From contig DAIDCO010000001.1 in the NCBI GenBank assembly GCA_027309555.1, positions 13,036 to 77,035 of the forward strand: 64,000 bases of DNA, read 5' to 3'. The notes under the pieces were generated by a model, which saw only the letters and a list, made by a program, of their open reading frames with translations, did no database searches and was not told the origin of the DNA. Source of the stretch: a bacterium. Lineage in GTDB: Archaea; Thermoplasmatota; Thermoplasmata; Lutacidiplasmatales; UBA184. Positions 44,066 through 53,903 of the stretch are shown here, piece by piece (positions within the stretch are counted from its first letter, which is position 1; every line of letters starts with the position of its first letter). The translations under genes were made by a program, and so were the position numbers.

Positions 44066-44561
44066 CCCGCAGCGCCGGGCCGAAACGGATGGACGGGCTC
44101 CTCTTCGCCCCCGCCGCCCCGTCGCTGGGAGACCGTCGGCCGTGCCAGGTCCTCACTTCTTCCGGTGGGACCACGGGGTCTCCCCACCCCTCGTAACCCA
44201 TATCTACCGAACCCGGTTCTCCACCCGGAAGCGAACGCCGATCGAGCTCACCGCAAGCCCCGTAGCGCAGAGTCGGACCGAGGGAGGTCCACGCCCGCCC
44301 GGGCCTTGGCTCACCCGTGGGCCGAGGTATGGCAAGCCGGTCGCCCCGGCAGCACGCAACGGTGAAGGGAGGGCGGGCGACCGCTTGCAGGGGGAGGGAT
44401 TTATCCCTGCGCCAGCCCCCAAGCTGAGCCGGTCCGACCCGGGCACGTCGCCCGAGCTTCCCGAGCCCCATTCCACCGAAGGCGACATCGAGGGGAGACG
44501 GCGGCGATGGAGCCGTTCCGCCCGCTTCGTCCTCCGTCGCGCGGTCGGCGATCGGTTCCGG

Positions 44562-46553
44562 TTGTTGCTGATCCCCCCGTTCCTCGCCTACGTGGTGTTC
44601 TGGTCGTATGTGGACCTGGCCCGGCTCTACGCCCTCCAGGCAACCGTCTATGACCTCGGCTACAACATGCAGTTGCTCTGGTTCTCCCTCCCGACGACGG
44701 GCTCCCCCGGGTTCGGTTACTTGATCAAGATCGCTTACAATCCGGTTTGGGTCCTCTTCTCTCCGCTCTCGGTCGGTGCGCAGTTCCCGGTCCTTCTCGT
44801 CGTCCAAGCGATCGCCCTCGCGTTTCCTGCCTTCCTCGTCTACGAGATCTCGAAGCGCGAGCTGGGCCTGCCGATCCCTTCTTACTTAATCGCGCTCGGC
44901 TACCTGCTCTACCCCCTGCTCGCCGGGCCAAGTTGGTTCGACTTCCACTTCCAGGCGTTCTTCGTCCTGTTCTTCTTGGGCGGCTACTACTTCCTCCAGC
45001 GGGAGCGCCGCTGGGCTGCAGGAGTGCTGCTGATCCTGGGGGGGGAGGCGACGTATCCGTATGGCCTCCTGATCGTCCTGTTCGCGACAGTCACCGTCTT
45101 TGCCGAGCTGTATCGGCTTCAGTCATTCCGGGCCCTCGCGCGCTGGACGGAGTTCCGGTTCTTCCTCACGCTCGGTCTCGTGGCCGCCCTGCTTCTCGAA
45201 GTGCACCAGCTCATCGCCCCTGCGGTCGGCGTGCTAGGCGCCGCGCACGCTGCGGCTCAGCCGGTTGCTCCTAACCTCGGGAACGTTCTCTTCACGGTGG
45301 TACTGATCCTGGCCCCCCTCGGTTTCCTGCCGCTTCTCGCCCCCCGCTGGCTGATCCTTCTGGCCCCGTTCGCCTACCTACTCCTCTTCTCCGGTTCGCC
45401 GCTCTTCGCCTATCCACTCCTCCTCCAGGACCAGTACTCGGCCATGATCATCCCCTTCGTGTTCCTGGGGTTCATCGCTGGGGTCGCGCGACTGGCCCGA
45501 AGAACGGAGACGGCTCGCGTGGCTTCCACTCGGGAGCCGGCGCACCGGACTCGCCGGAGTCTCCCATGGGCCGCTCGCGAGCGCGCGCTCGCCACCGTGG
45601 TCCCGACGATCGCAATTGCGGTCCTCCTGGGGCTGGCCTACCAACCGTACGGCCCCTGGAATCCCACGACCGGGGCCAACTTTGGTCTCGGCCCCTTGCT
45701 CGAGTACAACCGAACCTCCTACGACGACCTGGCCGCGCTCGCGGGGCTGATCCCGGCCTCTTCCCCGTACGTCCTCTTCCAGAACAATATGCCGGAGGTC
45801 CTGCCCCGACCCGCGGCGTACGAAGGGGAACCGCTCACGACCTACCTCGACTGGGGAACCCCGACACGGGCGGAAGCGGATACCGGCCATTTCTCGCTCG
45901 TCCTGCCCTCGGGGAACCGCGTCGAAGCGACCATTGACTTTGCGCTCTCGGACCCGTACACCCCCCTCTGGTTCACCTACCATGGCCCGAGCCCCAACAC
46001 CTCCATGTACGACTTCATCCGCGTCCTCTACGAGAGCGGGGCGTACGGCATTCTAGGGGAGGCGGGCGGCATGGTGCTGCTCGAGCGGAACTACACCGGT
46101 GCCCCCCGGTTCTTCGTCCCCTTCGAGTCCACGTTCTCCTCGGCGAGCCTCCGGTCGACCGCGGCCTGTTCGCAGACGCCCTCGGCGATCGTCTGTTCGA
46201 ACGTCTCGCGGGTCTTCGCCGGCTGGTACGGCCCCTCCCTCTACCTCTCCCCCGGCACGTACGAGGTGCGCTTCTCGATGATGACGACCGACACCTCCGT
46301 TCAGAACCAGTTGTGGCTGCTGGCGACAGCGAACAGCCAATCGACCGTCTTCCCCGGGGGGGCCCTCCGGGTCACTGGGGCTGACTTCGGGCAGCCGAAC
46401 GTCTGGAAGACGTTCACGCTCAGCTTCACGGTGAACGACACCTACGCGAACGTCGAGTTCCCGGCCGACTCGATCGATTGGAATGGAAGCGTCTCTCTGA
46501 GCGGGGTCACCCTGGAGCAACTGGCCCCGGGCGCCGACCGCCCGCCAGCCTGA
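44562..46553 (+). CDS. DUF2079-family polytopic membrane protein (GT-C-like) with C-terminal beta-sandwich domain
   Basis: YDLGYNMQLLW near TM1, multiple TM helices and a long extracytoplasmic C-terminal part. There is no in-frame ATG or GTG near the first TM. TTG 44562 is the nearest start, so the start is uncertain. The palindromic AT-box AGGGATTTATCCCT at 44395-44408 is the only TATA-like element upstream. Confidence 0.7.
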   Translation: MLLIPPFLAYVVFWSYVDLARLYALQATVYDLGYNMQLLWFSLPTTGSPGFGYLIKIAYNPVWVLFSPLSVGAQFPVLLVVQAIALAFPAFLVYEISKRELGLPIPSYLIALGYLLYPLLAGPSWFDFHFQAFFVLFFLGGYYFLQRERRWAAGVLLILGGEATYPYGLLIVLFATVTVFAELYRLQSFRALARWTEFRFFLTLGLVAALLLEVHQLIAPAVGVLGAAHAAAQPVAPNLGNVLFTVVLILAPLGFLPLLAPRWLILLAPFAYLLLFSGSPLFAYPLLLQDQYSAMIIPFVFLGFIAGVARLARRTETARVASTREPAHRTRRSLPWAARERALATVVPTIAIAVLLGLAYQPYGPWNPTTGANFGLGPLLEYNRTSYDDLAALAGLIPASSPYVLFQNNMPEVLPRPAAYEGEPLTTYLDWGTPTRAEADTGHFSLVLPSGNRVEATIDFALSDPYTPLWFTYHGPSPNTSMYDFIRVLYESGAYGILGEAGGMVLLERNYTGAPRFFVPFESTFSSASLRSTAACSQTPSAIVCSNVSRVFAGWYGPSLYLSPGTYEVRFSMMTTDTSVQNQLWLLATANSQSTVFPGGALRVTGADFGQPNVWKTFTLSFTVNDTYANVEFPADSIDWNGSVSLSGVTLEQLAPGADRPPA

Positions 46554-46559
46554 TTCGCC

Positions 46560-47326
46560 TTCGAAACGCGCGTCGAATCCCGAACGGCACGCGGCTCCTC
46601 CCGGGCCGGCGACTCCGCGCGCGCGCCGCAGCGCGCCACCTCCGGCTGGAGGGGTTTCGGACCGCTGGGGACCGCCGGTGCCGACGCTCGACGCCCCGCG
46701 ACGCGATCGACGAACCGCAGGACGCGCCCGAAAGAGGCCATGGCCCGGAGCGCCGACTCGAGCGCCCAAGCAAGGGTGAGAGCCGCCGCACCGGGTGACC
46801 GGATCGGGACCTCGTTGATGGAGGGCAGTTGCTGTGTGTCATCGCTCCGACCGTTCCCGCCACCAGGATCACCACGGAGAGAGCGAGCGCAACTATCACA
46901 GGCGCGTAACCGGTCGACCCCGAAGCCATAGCGGCGACGGATGCCACTTCGACGATGGGCCGCATCCGGTCGACTGTCTCCCATGACTTGGCTTCGCAGC
47001 CACCCCACCCGCGCGCGAGTTCCCCCTCGCGCGGGTCGAAATCCGCATGTCGCCGGCTCTTGACGCTCGGAAGCGGCCTCAGGGCCGAGGGCGTCCTCCC
47101 CCCCGCACCGACAAGAGATCTCCCAGAAGCGGTGCCAGAGCCCGCGGGCGTCGGCCGCGGTCCATCGCCGGGGGTCCGGCGACCGGCCCGCTGATCGGAA
47201 GGCCGCGACGGCCCGGGTCGCGGCACAGCGGTAATGCGCGACCGTCTCAGCAGCGCAGCCCGCTCGCTGCTTCGAGAGGAACCAGGCCCTCGGATCCACC
47301 GTGGGGGCTCCATAGCCCCCCCACAC
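46560..47326 (-). pseudogene. frameshifted tyrosine-recombinase (integrase) remnant
   Basis: Frame A (47326-47117) reads WFLSKQRAGCAAETVAHYRCAATRAVAAF...RRWTAADARGLWHRF, which is N-terminal SAM-like. Frame B (47085-46970) reads ALRPLPSVKSRRHADFDPREGELARGWGGCEAKSWETV, compared with GLRSIEVWRLRYRDVDMDLAHPTLRVWGKGRSGGKWRTV in the intact integrase. A possible RHRRS (HxxR) lies near 46660. Confidence 0.4.
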
Positions 47327-47513
47327 AGGCTGAGCCCGTCACCTGAGCGGATCGTCTCGAACGTGAACGGTGGACCGAGATCCCCCCCGGTAGCGGGCGC
47401 CATCCTATCGACGCATATCCGTCGAGAAGGGCCGGGAGTCGCGGGCGAGCGACCGATCCTTTCGCGGAAGAACGGAAGGACGATATAGCACCCCACGGTA
47501 AACAATATCACAG

Positions 47514-48275
47514 ATGCCGTCGGAGCCGGGGACTCCGGGCATTCGCTTCGTCATTCCGGTGTGGAACGGGGAGGACCGCCTGGCCCGCACCCTCGAGAGC
47601 TATCTTCCGGCTCTGGAACGCCGGGGCGACCCGTTCGAGGTCGTGGTCGGCGGGGTTCGGGATCGCACGGCGGAGGTCGCGGCCCGCTACGCATCCCACC
47701 ACGTGCGCCTGTTGCAGATCCCCAACAACCTCGGAAAGGGGGATGCGATCCGAGCCGGGCCGCGGGTAGCGTGCCACGAGTACGTCGGCTATCTCGGTGC
47801 CGACGTACCGATCTCCCCCGAGGCGATTTACGGCCTCGTGGGCTGCCTCGAGGACGTCGACCGCGTCGTCGCCTCCCGCTGGCTGCGGGGCGCAGTCGGG
47901 GTGGAGGCGAAGCCGCTGTTCAACCGCGTCGCGGGCCGGGCGTGGAACTTCCTGACCCGCTCCTTGCTCTTCCTGCCGCTCCGCGACATCCAGGCGAGGG
48001 AGAAGTTCTTCCGCGGCTCGGTCGTCCGCTCGCTCCTCCGGAGCGTGACGCTGACGTACCGGCCGTTTGACCTCGACCTCCTCTACCACGTGCGGAAGTG
48101 GGGCGGACGAGTGAAGGAGTTGCCGGTCCGCTGGGCGCACGACCCCGCGAGCCACACCCCGGTCGGCCGCGCGCTCCCTGTGATGTTCCTCTCGCAGCTC
48201 CGGGTGCGCCTCCTCAACTCACCGGTGGGAAAGCGCGTCCCGCCGCGCTTCATCGCTTGGCCACACGGGTACTAG
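47514..48275 (+). CDS. family 2 glycosyltransferase (dolichyl-phosphate hexose synthase-like)
   Basis: Has IRFVIPVWNGEDRL, NNLGKGDAIRAG and the YLGADVP (DxD-like) region. Confidence 0.85.
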   Translation: MPSEPGTPGIRFVIPVWNGEDRLARTLESYLPALERRGDPFEVVVGGVRDRTAEVAARYASHHVRLLQIPNNLGKGDAIRAGPRVACHEYVGYLGADVPISPEAIYGLVGCLEDVDRVVASRWLRGAVGVEAKPLFNRVAGRAWNFLTRSLLFLPLRDIQAREKFFRGSVVRSLLRSVTLTYRPFDLDLLYHVRKWGGRVKELPVRWAHDPASHTPVGRALPVMFLSQLRVRLLNSPVGKRVPPRFIAWPHGY

Positions 48276-48280
48276 AGTTC

Positions 48281-50314
48281 ATGTCTATCGCTCCGAGCAT
48301 CGGCACGGTTTCTGGAGCCTCAACTTCAGGCAGCGCCAGTGTCACAACCCCGAACCAATCGGTTTCGTCGGGAGCCATGGTGTACGTCCAAGTGGCGATG
48401 TACGGAAGCGCTCTCGCGAATCCATCGATTGCCGACGCCCAGAGAGGAGTGTATTCCCTCCTCGGGAACATTCAGTCCGGCTCCGTCTTCCTTTGGGTTT
48501 TCCGACGGTCCTCTGGGGTGGTTTCTTCCTCCGCGTTTACGGTCACAGCCACGCCCTCATCGTCGACAGCGCCCATCGAGGTGATCGCGATAGAGGTTCT
48601 CAATGATGGCGGCGTCGACGTGGTTGGGCTTGCGAGCGGCACAGGCACCACTGAAACCGTAACCCGATTAACAACTACTGACAACGAGACAATCTTCTTT
48701 CTGGGGGCGGACAACTCCGCGACCTTCTCCTCTTGGGGAAGCGGCCAGACAGGGATCAGTTCTTACCCGGTACCTCCCTCAAGTGTGACTGCGTGGGGAA
48801 GCTACCAATCAGCGGCCTCTCTGGGATCCTTTGGCCCCAGTCGGAAGGTCACTTCGAGTACAGCCTGGGCAGCGGTATTTGTCGCGATTGCCTATCAGAC
48901 CTTTTGGCCCCAACTTGCGGGGAAAACGGGAGTGACGGTTTCCCCCATTGGGCTGCATACGACGCCGACCGCTCCGACGGCCAATGACGGGGCCGACTTT
49001 GGTCCTGACACACCAGGGACTACCACAAGTGGAATTCAAGAAGCTATCAACGGCGCGTTGAACAGCGGGTCACAAGCAGGTCCCCTGCCGATTCTCCTCC
49101 TGCCAGGGAACTTCGTGGTTAGTCCGGCGTCGGGGAACACGTACGCGATACTGCTGTACAGCGGCATCCACATCATAGGGGCGGGTCGATTGGAGTATGT
49201 CAACGCCGCGGGCACAGCCGAAGGATCCATCATATCGGCAGGTCAAGCCAACATGACACTCTTCAAGGCCAATAACGGGACCAGCCCAATCTCACGGGTG
49301 ACGATCGAGAGCCTCGCTTGTGGAACGACGTACTCAGGCGTCACAGCTTTCGACTTTACCTGGTCCTTGACGGGCAGTCCAGTAGCGACCGGACATGCCT
49401 TGCGATACATCACCATCGATGGAGCGTCCACCGGACAGCTGCCCTTCGCCATGGCCGCTCTCATGGACGGGAACGATGAGTGTGTATTCGAAGATTGGTA
49501 TGTATTCACGGGCGACATCCAGTGGCAGGCGACCTTCCCGAAACTAATCTCTATCAGCATGGTTCCTCCACTCTCGTCATCGGACACGTGCCGGATAATC
49601 TTGAACGGCCAGCAGGTTCTTGTGAGAGACAGCACGGTCTCGAACATTACTTTCACCAACACTCCGAGCACAAGCATTTACTTGGCCACGCTCGACAACG
49701 TCTACATGGTCAACAACAACTCTCACATTGGGAACATCACATGCGCCTGGCCAGCTTCTGGCCAGGTGGCCGTCGACTGCCTTCGGCTAGTGGGCTGTTT
49801 CATGGGCACCTACAAGAACAACTTCTCGATCTTCTACAATCCCGGCACGTCCTCGGGTCAGAACTTCAGCATCTACAGACTAGTCGTCGAGGGATGCCGG
49901 TTCGATACTTTGGGAAACTCGACAGGAGTGGTCTGGGTCAACAGTGCGAGTCCCACATTGACATTGGTAGCCATTGCAGGCAACGGGGCTGAAATGGCAT
50001 GGAGGGACAACTCTATCGTGGGTACCTTCGGAAGTGGAATCTCACTCTACGGAGGCTTCTACTTTCAACCTCGTCCAGCGGGAGTAGGCCTCAATCCCCA
50101 ACCCTCCGTACCCGGCAGCGGATCGAGCTTCACTAACGATTACCCTTGCGCAGTGGAGGTTTACATATACGGGGGGACCGGCAGCTCTCCATTCGTGAAG
50201 ATCAACGGTACGCGAGTGTCAGGGGCTTTGCAGGGACGGTTCCGTCTGGAACCTGGGGACAGCATCAACCTCGGCTACAGCAGTGCGCCGACCTGGCTGT
50301 GGTACGGCGACTAA
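48281..50314 (+). CDS. right-handed beta-helix protein (pectate-lyase-3 / tailspike-like), S/T/N-rich
   Basis: ATG at 48281. TTSGIQEAINGAL...GPLPILLLPGNFVV resembles the Pectate_lyase_3 N-cap (DdT.AiQ.Ain.A....g..v.lPaG.Y.v), followed by repetitive beta-strand-like segments. There are many N-x-S/T sequons and no obvious signal peptide. The gene has low G+C. Confidence 0.65.
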   Translation: MSIAPSIGTVSGASTSGSASVTTPNQSVSSGAMVYVQVAMYGSALANPSIADAQRGVYSLLGNIQSGSVFLWVFRRSSGVVSSSAFTVTATPSSSTAPIEVIAIEVLNDGGVDVVGLASGTGTTETVTRLTTTDNETIFFLGADNSATFSSWGSGQTGISSYPVPPSSVTAWGSYQSAASLGSFGPSRKVTSSTAWAAVFVAIAYQTFWPQLAGKTGVTVSPIGLHTTPTAPTANDGADFGPDTPGTTTSGIQEAINGALNSGSQAGPLPILLLPGNFVVSPASGNTYAILLYSGIHIIGAGRLEYVNAAGTAEGSIISAGQANMTLFKANNGTSPISRVTIESLACGTTYSGVTAFDFTWSLTGSPVATGHALRYITIDGASTGQLPFAMAALMDGNDECVFEDWYVFTGDIQWQATFPKLISISMVPPLSSSDTCRIILNGQQVLVRDSTVSNITFTNTPSTSIYLATLDNVYMVNNNSHIGNITCAWPASGQVAVDCLRLVGCFMGTYKNNFSIFYNPGTSSGQNFSIYRLVVEGCRFDTLGNSTGVVWVNSASPTLTLVAIAGNGAEMAWRDNSIVGTFGSGISLYGGFYFQPRPAGVGLNPQPSVPGSGSSFTNDYPCAVEVYIYGGTGSSPFVKINGTRVSGALQGRFRLEPGDSINLGYSSAPTWLWYGD

Positions 50315-50333
50315 CCTCTGGCGACGCGGGATT

Positions 50334-51077
50334 ATGGATCGTCCAGGACCTCTCGCCAATCAGCCTTACCACGCCAAGAGGTCGATGAAGTCTCGCCTGA
50401 AACGAATCCAGGCAGTCCTAGGAGTAGACCCTCTCTGGGAGCTCTTCTATCACACCCTGGGATCACAGGACGCCCCATCCGTCCTTCGATGGGGATTGGT
50501 CCCGCACAACTACTACGAGTTTGGAACCGGGTGGGGAGATAGTCTCCAGCGTTATCTCTCCGCTGCCCGGTCGTACTGTAGGGTCACGGGCAAGGACGAA
50601 CGCGAGTTCAATGTAGTGGCCTTCGACAGTTTTGAGGGTCTCCCCGAATCTGTTGCCGAGGCCGACCGGAATCCCAACTGGAGCCGGGGGGTGTACGCCT
50701 ACGGGCTCGATCACATCACCCGTCTGGTCCGCAGATCCGGATTCCGGGGCAAGTTCCTACCGGTCAAGGGGTTCTACGGCGACACTCTCACGAGTGATCT
50801 TAGGAACGAACTGAGAGCCATCCCTCCGTCGATTGTGAACATTGACGTCGACTACTACTCCAGCGCCGCCTCAGTATTGGCTTTCCTAAGCCCAATTCTT
50901 CAGAACGGTACCATCCTCTATTTCGACGATATCTACGACTTCTTTGGTTCTCCGAACAAGGGCGAGTTGCGGGCCGTTCTGGAGTTCAGCGCATCGAAAA
51001 CTGTCTCGTTGACTCCCTACTACCTACATGGGATACCGTATCTCTTTGGCAAGACTTTCGTCTTCTCTCGGGACTGA
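50334..51077 (+). CDS. TylF/macrocin-O-methyltransferase-like SAM-dependent methyltransferase
   Basis: YYEFGTGWGDS, FDSFEGLPE, VKGFYGDTL and the family C-terminal pattern VNIDVDYYSSAASVLAFLSPILQNGTILYFDDIYDF. Confidence 0.7.
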   Translation: MDRPGPLANQPYHAKRSMKSRLKRIQAVLGVDPLWELFYHTLGSQDAPSVLRWGLVPHNYYEFGTGWGDSLQRYLSAARSYCRVTGKDEREFNVVAFDSFEGLPESVAEADRNPNWSRGVYAYGLDHITRLVRRSGFRGKFLPVKGFYGDTLTSDLRNELRAIPPSIVNIDVDYYSSAASVLAFLSPILQNGTILYFDDIYDFFGSPNKGELRAVLEFSASKTVSLTPYYLHGIPYLFGKTFVFSRD

Positions 51078-51411
51078 TCCGCGGGGGCGGTCCGAACCAC
51101 TTGCTTACTGCGAAAAGCGAAGGGACTACCGCCGGCGAGAGAGCTGTGAAGACTGCCACGAGGACAGCCACGAGTGCGATTATGGACTGGTTGAAGTAGA
51201 AGCCCACGGCCAGGCCGGCGAGAGCGATTGCGATTCCGGCCGCGAAGGCTATCAGACGTCAGAGCCGCACACCCCCCCATCGTCGGCTAGAGATGAGCCC
51301 TCCCCGGCCGCCAAGGGAGGGGAAAGGGTTCGCTCCTTTGCGTTTGGAGGAACGAGAAGGGGCGGATACTACGGTTCCCGGTTGAACCGTGTTCTAGTGG
51401 GGCATTTCACG

Positions 51412-53190
51412 TCAACCGACCGCCTCGTAGTAGTATTCGCCTTTCTCGCGCTGCTCCCGGTCGAGAGCCGAGCCCTCGCGGTTGATGCGGGGTCGCAGCG
51501 TCTCCGCGTCCCGGCGGTAGGTGATGTCGACGGTGCGCAGCAGGCGGTTCATCCCCTCGCGCATCGCGAACGGCCCGTCTCCGCGTCCCCGCGAGCCGTC
51601 TTCGGTCTCCGAGCGGAAGACCATGAGCTCGTCGCAGGCGAGGTCGAGGAAGTAGACGTCGTGGTCCACGACGAGCGCCGAAACCGACTGGCGCTCGACC
51701 TGACGCCGGAGGAGGCGGGCCATCGACATCCGTTCGTCGGCGTCCAGATACGCGGACGGCTCGTCGAGCAGGTAGAGCGTCGCCGGGCGGGCGAGCGCGA
51801 GGGCGACCGCCGCCCGCTGGAGCTCGCCGCCCGAGAGGTCCGGGAGCGCGACATCGAGGATCTCGGAGAGGTGGAGCCCCGGGACGAGCTCGCGCTCGAA
51901 CAGACTCGCGTCGAACGTAGGGTCGGCGGAGAGTGCCGCCGTCCGCTCGCGGAGGCTGGCCGAGGAGGTCGCGCGGAGGTACTGGGGCTTGTAGCTCACG
52001 GTGACGCCCGGTGGCGGAGTGCCGCGGGTGGGAGGCTCGACTCCCGCGAGCATCCGGACGAACGTCGTTTTCCCCGTCGCGTTCGGGCCGACGATGCCGA
52101 CCGTCTCGCCCTTCGTGAGCCGGCCCCCGCCGACCGAGAGGTGGAAGTGGGGGAACTCCTTCTCGAGCTCGGGAAACTCGACGAGCGCGTTCTGACGGGC
52201 GACCGGCTTCGGGGGATGAGCGACGAAGCGGACCGGCTCCGTGCGGAAACGCACGTTCTCGTCCTTGAGGTAGCCGGTTAGGTAGGTGTTGATCGCCGAG
52301 CGCATCGGGAGGGGATGGCTGATGACGCCGAACGCGGCGGCCTCGCCGTAGAGGAGGTGGGCGGTGTCGGCGAGATAGTCGAGCAGGCCGAGGTCGTGCT
52401 CGACGACGAGAACGCTCTTCGTCGCTCCGAGGCGACGCAGCACGCGCGCGACGCGGAGCCGGTGCACGATGTCGAGATAGCTCGATGGTTCGTCGATGAG
52501 ATAGAGGTCGGCGTCGGTGGAGAGCGTCCGAGCGATCGCGGCCAGCTGGAGATGGCCGCCGGAGAGCTCGGCGAGCGGCCGGTCGCCCATCGCCCCGAGT
52601 CCGAGCTCGTCGAGCACCCTCGGTGCGTTCCCGCCCGCAGCGCGCACGTAGTCGAGCACGGTCCCCGGTTCGTCGGCGAGGCGGTCCACGTACTGGGGCT
52701 TGACGACGCTCCTCAGCTCGCCCTTCGCGACCCGCTCGAAGTGAGCCCGGAGCGCGGTGCCGCGGTAGTGCTCGAGGACCCGTGCCCAGCTCCCGGGCGC
52801 CCCGTACTCCCCGAGATTCGGCACCTCCGCGCCCGCGAGGAGCCGAAGCGCCGTCGACTTGCCCGTCCCGTTCGGCCCGAGGAGTCCCGTGATCCCCTGG
52901 GGAGGGGGCAGCGGCAAGCGGTAGAGGCGGAAGCCGTTGTAGCCGTAGCGGTGGACGATCTCGGACTCGTCGGCCTCGGGAGTGTTGAGGATCTTGATCG
53001 CATCGAAAGGGCATTTGTGCACGCAGATCCCGCAGCCGATGCAGAGCGTCTCGGAGATCACCGGCTTTCCGAGCGGCCCCTCCACGATGCACTCCTGACC
53101 CATGCGCACCGGCGGGCAGTACGCCTGGCACTCCCACTGGCACTCCTTCGGGTGGCAGCGGTCGGAGAGGAGGATCGCGATACGCGCCAT
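51412..53190 (-). CDS. abce1: ribosome-recycling ATPase ABCE1 (RNase L inhibitor homolog)
   Basis: N-terminal 2x[4Fe-4S] domain (CHPKECQWECQAYCP, CIGCGICVHKCP) and two ABC cassettes (GPNGTGKST, GPNATGKTT, LSGG signatures). Confidence 0.97.
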   Translation of the reverse strand: MARIAILLSDRCHPKECQWECQAYCPPVRMGQECIVEGPLGKPVISETLCIGCGICVHKCPFDAIKILNTPEADESEIVHRYGYNGFRLYRLPLPPPQGITGLLGPNGTGKSTALRLLAGAEVPNLGEYGAPGSWARVLEHYRGTALRAHFERVAKGELRSVVKPQYVDRLADEPGTVLDYVRAAGGNAPRVLDELGLGAMGDRPLAELSGGHLQLAAIARTLSTDADLYLIDEPSSYLDIVHRLRVARVLRRLGATKSVLVVEHDLGLLDYLADTAHLLYGEAAAFGVISHPLPMRSAINTYLTGYLKDENVRFRTEPVRFVAHPPKPVARQNALVEFPELEKEFPHFHLSVGGGRLTKGETVGIVGPNATGKTTFVRMLAGVEPPTRGTPPPGVTVSYKPQYLRATSSASLRERTAALSADPTFDASLFERELVPGLHLSEILDVALPDLSGGELQRAAVALALARPATLYLLDEPSAYLDADERMSMARLLRRQVERQSVSALVVDHDVYFLDLACDELMVFRSETEDGSRGRGDGPFAMREGMNRLLRTVDITYRRDAETLRPRINREGSALDREQREKGEYYYEAVG

Positions 53191-53192
53191 GC

Positions 53193-53903
53193 TCAGTTCC
53201 CCGCGACGTCCCGAACGACCGACCCGTCCCGCATCGTGAGGTGGCGGCCCGCGCGCGCCGCGACCTCGGGGTTGTGCGTGACGAGAAGGAGCGTCGCCGA
53301 CCGGGCGCTCCGGACGCGCACGAGGAGGTCGAGGATCGCGCGCGTGTTGCCGCTGTCGAGCTCGCCGGTCGGCTCGTCGGCGAGGAGGAGACCGGGTTGG
53401 TTCGCGAGGGCCCGGGCAACGGCGACGCGCTGCTCCTCGCCGCCCGAGAGTTGGTGCGGGAACGCACGTCCCCGGTCCGACAGCCCCACCTCGGAGAGCA
53501 GCTCGGCGGCGCGGCGGGTCCGATCTTCGCGCGGAAGTCCGAGCGCTCGCATCGGCAGCTCCACGTTCTCCTGGGCCGTCAACGTCGGGAGAAGGTAGAA
53601 CCGTTGAAAGATGAAACCCACGCTCCGTAGGCGGAGGCGGGCCCGCTCGCGGTCGGAGAGGCCCCCGACCGAATGCCCGTCCCAGCGCACCTCACCCGAG
53701 GTGGGCGCGTCGAGCAGGCCGACGAGGTTGAGCATCGTGGTCTTGCCGCAGCCGCTCGGGCCCTCGACGGAGACGAACGAACCGGACGCGATGCGGAGGT
53801 CGAGGGTGCGTAGCGCCCGCACCTCCTCGGCGCCCCCCGCGAAGTAGGTGCGCGAGACGTTCGCGAGCTCGAGCTCGGGGGGACGGGGGGCTGCGTCGTT
53901 CAT
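53193..53903 (-). CDS. ABC transporter ATP-binding protein (MacB/LolD-type)
   Basis: Walker A GPSGCGKTT, signature LSGGEEQR and Walker B LLADEPTGELD. Confidence 0.95.
   Translation of the reverse strand: MNDAAPRPPELELANVSRTYFAGGAEEVRALRTLDLRIASGSFVSVEGPSGCGKTTMLNLVGLLDAPTSGEVRWDGHSVGGLSDRERARLRLRSVGFIFQRFYLLPTLTAQENVELPMRALGLPREDRTRRAAELLSEVGLSDRGRAFPHQLSGGEEQRVAVARALANQPGLLLADEPTGELDSGNTRAILDLLVRVRSARSATLLLVTHNPEVAARAGRHLTMRDGSVVRDVAGN

Noticed and set aside
40788-44807. 1339-aa minus-strand ORF, the longest in the window
   Set aside because: It runs antisense to the well-supported CysO::MoeZ gene and across pseudogene fragments and the start of the DUF2079 gene. Composition is R/P/G-rich and not protein-like. 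Only short internal stretches (the ABCE1-like, IS630-like and FtsX-like pieces) resemble real proteins. It is an open frame kept by high G+C, not a gene.
50986-51207. 73-aa minus-strand ORF with one hydrophobic helix (GTG start)
   Set aside because: It overlaps the 3' end of the methyltransferase gene by ~90 nt, and its second half is R/S-rich. A longer 2-TM version would need a CTG start. The support is insufficient to annotate it.
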